From assembly GCA_000092065.1 (NCBI GenBank), contig CP000594.1: a DNA stretch of 64,000 bases; one strand, given 5' to 3'. The stretch's first letter is position 1. The number at the start of each line of letters is the position of its first letter. Made by a program: the position numbers and the translations under genes. Below the pieces are notes generated by a model that saw only the letters and a list, made by a program, of their open reading frames with translations, was not told the DNA's origin and made no database searches. The DNA comes from Ostreococcus lucimarinus. Its lineage: Eukaryota. Below, piece after piece: positions 60,490 through 64,000 of the stretch.

Positions 60490-60561
60490 ATTTATTGAGT
60501 TTCACGGTATCATTTATTGAGTTTCACGGTATCATATTTATTGAGTTTCACAGTATCATTC
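60490..60561. repeat. Three tandem copies of a ~24-bp AT-rich unit (TTTATTGAGTTTCACGGTATCAT) in the convergent 3' region between the Nudix-like gene and the P2X gene.
   Basis: The sequence is ggctgtatttattgagtttcacggtatcatttattgagtttcacggtatcatatttattgagtttcacagtatcattcgtt. Confidence 0.8.
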
Positions 60562-62356
60562 GTTACCGTCTTCGTCGTTAAAGTACTCGCGCATCTTTTT
60601 CACGAGCGCTTGCTCTTCTTTGTCCATCCTGATGATCTTCCTCAGCATGTCGTTGTCCATCGGACCTTCAGTGGTCAACTCGACCCATTCTTCCAAATCG
60701 ATTTTCACGTTCTTGAGTTGACTGTAAGACATTCGCGGCAAACCCTTGGCGTAGCGCTCTTGCGCGTGGCGATCGGCGGTGAGCATGATGTATTTGGACA
60801 TTTGTCTGCACTCGTCAAGCGTGAGACGACGCGATTTGAACTTGTCCGCGTCGAAATTTTCCGATCCCCTTTCGGCGACAGACATTCCGTCGACGCTGTG
60901 GAACGCCTCGACGAGGAGTTCGTAGATTTCTTCAATGTCCAAACCGTCGCCGCTACGCTTGGTGTCCGCGGCGCGGAAGGAGTTCACCGCCATCGCGCCT
61001 TGGATGGCGTACTTTGCGGCTTCGCGTTCAAAGCTCGCGGGCTCCAACATGTGGTTGGAGTAGACGAGTGAACGCGTACCGAGTCCGTACATCGCGACGA
61101 TATCGCAAATCGAGCCCGCGACCTTCAACAGCACGAGACCAGAAACGAGGACGTTGATCAAATACACGTAGTTCACCGAACCAATGATTCCGCTCGTGGT
61201 GACGTCGATGAAAACGCCGTAAGCGTACATGTTGATAAATGTCCCTGTCGGTTTCCCATCGTCCAGGTCGATGGGATCGTCGAGGTCGGTAATCGTCGAT
61301 CGGTACTGGATGCGCTGGCCCTTGGACGTCCAATCGATAGAAGGCTCGATTTCGAGCACGGCATACGGACTATCGCCGTCGGAGATGTCGTCCGAAGCGC
61401 TCGCGGTGTGCAGGTTGTAGTTGTAGTACTGAAGCTTCGCGTTGATGCGCATACCAGCGAGACGGGCCATGGGGGTCACGCTCGCGCTGCCGCCCTTGCC
61501 GTAAAACACGGATGGGTCTCTGCCGGCGAACGCCACTTGATCTTTGTACGTCTTATCGAGGTCGATGTTGGCGACGTCGAGAATATCCTTCAGCTTGAGA
61601 GAGATGTACTGACCGGCTGGGATAATTTTCAAATTCGTCGAAGATCCGGGTCGGCGCACGTACGTCTTCGGATTCGCGGCATTCGCGAGACCTGAGAGCG
61701 TGTCAAACTCATGAGAAATCCCGATGCTCGAGTGCTCGGCGCCGATGGTCAACCAATCGGTTACGCTCTCATAATAGCAAACGCCGTTCGATCCAGCCAC
61801 GCTCACGGGGTCCACATTGCCCGCACCGTTCGTAAAACCGCCATAAGCCACGCAGTTACCAGAGGGTTTCAGGGAGCGATGAGTAATCGTCTCGGTCACG
61901 TGCGTCGTGATGAACATACCTCCCGCCGGTTCTTTCGAGATGATTTCATCCGGCGTCAAGTAACCGCACTTGACGTTGTCGTACACCCAAGCAGTGTCAT
62001 AGTTGAACGCGTACGACGAATTCAGCGTCGCAGACGCAGCGCTTGCGCACGGCAGCACCGGGTACGTCTTCCCGTCGGTGTACGTCTTGGTCGTCGCCGC
62101 GGTGGCGGCGGCGGCGTCCACCTGCGCGGTGTAAAAGTCGTCGTTCCCGTTCCCCCAGTTCGTCACTCGACCGATCGGGACTTCGGTCCGCAGGTACGTC
62201 TTCCCGCGTACCAGAGCATAGACGACGTAAAACACGATGACGGCTTGCAGCGCGACGTTCAGAAGCGCCAGTCTCCAATCTATGATCTTCACGAACTTGG
62301 ACGTCTTGTAGCCCATCTTGCGCGACAGCGCGGTGGCGAGCGTGACCCACCCCATG
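60556..62356 (-). CDS. P2X: P2X receptor-like ATP-gated cation channel (two TM helices and a large Cys-containing ectodomain) with a ~230-aa C-terminal cytoplasmic extension.
   Basis: ATG at 62356 (MGWVTLATALSRKMGYKTSKFVKIIDWRLALLNVALQAVIVFYVVYALV). The YxTxK pre-TM1 motif and TM1 are present. The ectodomain has conserved Cys/Gly-rich segments. The second TM is VNYVYLINVLVSGLVLLKVAGSICDIV. An acidic tail follows. The upstream part of ORF 60556..62751 is a non-ATG extension. Confidence 0.7.
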
Positions 62357-62472
62357 ACTCGCTGACGGCGAACGCGAAGTGACGCGTCCAAGTTGGATGT
62401 TTGCTTGATTCCCCTCGAACGCCGGATATCGCCGCAAAGGTCGTCGCGTCGGTCGGTCGGCGGCGGCGCGAC

Positions 62473-63381
62473 ATGACGGTCACCGCGGAAAAGACATCGA
62501 ACGACTTCTTCGCCATGGTGGACGCGTTCAGGATGGATGCGGGGCGAGCGGTGAAGGTGACGGGAAAAGTCGTTGAGTTTGACGATGACGCGGCTGACGC
62601 GGCGACGGAATGCTTTCGCGGTGACGAAGACATCGAGGACACGTTCGAGACGACGTACGACGCACTTCGGGTGTGGCGAGCGCAGAACGCATCGACCTCG
62701 GATGTCGACGCGTTTCACGCGTTCATGGTTTCGCTGCGACAGCGTCCGCAAGCTCGATGGCAGTGCCTCGTCGCCGCGCTCATGAGCGTGCAGTGTTTGG
62801 ACAAAGTGGCGCTGCGAGCGTTCGAAACGTTGCGAGATTCTACGCTAGACAGAGAAGTGACGCTAGAGGCGATCGCGGCGATGTCGACGCGCGAGCTCGA
62901 GCAACATCTGTCGACGTTAAACTTGTTCCGCGTCAAGGCGAAGTATATTCGAGCGTGCGCAGACGTCATTCGGCACAAGTTTCGAGGCGAAGTACCTCGC
63001 ACAGTGGGAGCACTCAAGACGTTGCCTGGTGTAGGGGACAAACTCGCGCACTTAGTCGCGTCAGTTTCGTACGGCGGCGACGAAGACGGCTTCGCGGGAA
63101 TCGTCGTTGACACGCACGTAAAACGCGTAGCGAAGAGACTCGGTTGGGCGCAAGCGGGCGACGATGTGGAAAGTGTGCGCATGTCGGTGCAGGCGCGCGT
63201 CAAGAGAGAGGAATGGGAAGCCGCGACGCTCGGATTGATAGCGCTTGGACAACGATTTTGCCACGCGAAAGCGCCGGCGTGCGCGGCGTGTCCAGTGAAC
63301 GCGTCGTGTCCGAGCGCGCCGCGGACCTACATCGACGCGCGCATCGACGAGTGCTTCAAAGACGGCGAATATAGCGACTAG
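62473..63381 (+). CDS. NTH1: Endonuclease III homolog (NTH1; HhH-GPD base-excision DNA glycosylase with [4Fe-4S] cluster loop).
   Basis: ATG 62473. LPGVGDKLAHLV...GIVVDTHVKRVAKRLGW (HhH-GPD with catalytic Lys/Asp). The C-terminus is CHAKAPACAACPVNASC (Cys-X6-Cys-X2-Cys-X5-Cys FeS motif). Confidence 0.85.
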   Translation: MTVTAEKTSNDFFAMVDAFRMDAGRAVKVTGKVVEFDDDAADAATECFRGDEDIEDTFETTYDALRVWRAQNASTSDVDAFHAFMVSLRQRPQARWQCLVAALMSVQCLDKVALRAFETLRDSTLDREVTLEAIAAMSTRELEQHLSTLNLFRVKAKYIRACADVIRHKFRGEVPRTVGALKTLPGVGDKLAHLVASVSYGGDEDGFAGIVVDTHVKRVAKRLGWAQAGDDVESVRMSVQARVKREEWEAATLGLIALGQRFCHAKAPACAACPVNASCPSAPRTYIDARIDECFKDGEYSD

Positions 63382-63814
63382 CAACGATAGGAAACAGAGC
63401 GACGAATATAACAAAACGATCATCGCGCCACAATACGATTCCCCACGCGCCGCCGTCGTCGGCCCCGGTCTCCCAGCGCGCCGTCGTCGCCTCCCCAAAC
63501 CGCACCTATCGAGATGTCGATCACCTATCGAGATGTCGATCAAACGAAAGTCGCACGGGCAGTCGCGGAGAACGATGACGATGAAATGTAGCGCCACGCC
63601 AACGATGAATATCTCATGTATCTATATTCTGTTTGCGGTGCCGTGCTGGTCGATGAGTGATGGCCGCAGGGTGTCGTGAAGGTGCACAGGAAGGATGCGA
63701 ATGCTAGTGACTTTTCGGGTTTAGTACGACCCAGAGAACCTAGGGTGAGGTGTAATAAGTATTAGCTAGCCGGTCGGTTACGGCACTTCTCCCGAAGCGC
63801 CTCCCTCCCTCATG

Positions 63815-64000
63815 CTTAGGGTTTAGGGTTTAGGGTTTAGGGTTTAGGGTTTAGGGTTTAGGGTTTAGGGTTTAGGGTTTAGGGTTTAGGGTTTAGGGTT
63901 TAGGGTTTAGGGTTTAGGGTTTAGGGTTTAGGGTTTAGGGTTTAGGGTTTAGGGTTTAGGGTTTAGGGTTTAGGGTTTAGGGTTTAGGGTTTAGGGTTTA
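63815..64000 (+). repeat. Telomere: about 26 perfect (TTTAGGG)n repeats, G-strand 5'->3' toward the window end, running to the edge.
   Basis: The sequence is catgcttagggtttagggtttaggg... and continues to 64000, preceded by the C-rich ctccctccct. It is the plant/green-algal telomere repeat type. Confidence 0.95.

Noticed and set aside
1-64000. Prokaryotic operon / defence-island interpretation of the window
   Set aside because: The terminal TTTAGGG telomere array, multiple GT..AG introns with a conserved branch motif, nuclear eukaryotic gene set (ORC2, condensin, RPL24, PSMD9, HMG-box) and plastid-protein precursors with transit peptides show this is nuclear DNA of a green alga. I found no bacterial defence, toxin or mobile-element system.

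Overview
This window reads as nuclear DNA from a GC-rich green picoalga (Mamiellophyceae, Micromonas-like), not prokaryotic sequence. It ends in a plant-type telomere, (TTTAGGG)n from about 63815 to the window edge, so this is a chromosome end. It is very gene dense: about 40 protein-coding genes in 64 kb, with intergenic spacers often under 200 bp. There are a few short spliceosomal introns with GTGCG/GTAAG donors and an ACTGAC branch motif 20-40 nt before the acceptor AG.

I recognised these genes by reading the translations: phosphoglycolate phosphatase, condensin CND3 (2 exons), ATP12, an ANKRD13-like protein, YqgF/RuvC-like nuclease, AATF/Bfr2, psaD (3 exons), Mg-protoporphyrin monomethyl ester cyclase CHL27, a LITAF-domain protein, PACRG (flagellar), an HMG-box protein, MBF1 (3 exons), DCN1-like, a PlsC acyltransferase, PSMD9 (2 exons), an LRR protein, a TOM1/THH1-like 7-TM protein, glutamate 5-kinase with PUA domain, ORC2, an alpha/beta hydrolase, a TOC159-family GTPase, an ankyrin protein kinase, a BTA1-like betaine-lipid synthase with an extra N-terminal membrane domain, a glutaredoxin-like protein, RPL24 (3 exons), oligopeptidase B, glycine-cleavage H protein (2 exons), an SMP-C2 lipid-transfer-like protein, a P2X receptor and endonuclease III.

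One gene was missed by the ORF track because it runs off the left edge: a minus-strand secreted EGF plus IPT/TIG-repeat protein from its ATG at 2144 down to position 1.

Many long ORFs in the track are antisense artefacts of GC-rich codon usage, and several of its 'M' starts are GTG/TTG rather than ATG.

No mobile elements, CRISPR arrays, or rRNA/tRNA genes were seen. Notable non-coding structure is a 4x ~47-bp tandem repeat in the AATF/psaD divergent promoter, a CGATCG-motif array in the HMG-box/MBF1 divergent promoter, a telo-box-like motif upstream of CHL27, and a 3x 24-bp tandem repeat in a convergent 3' region. All coordinates were derived by eye and may be off by a few bases.
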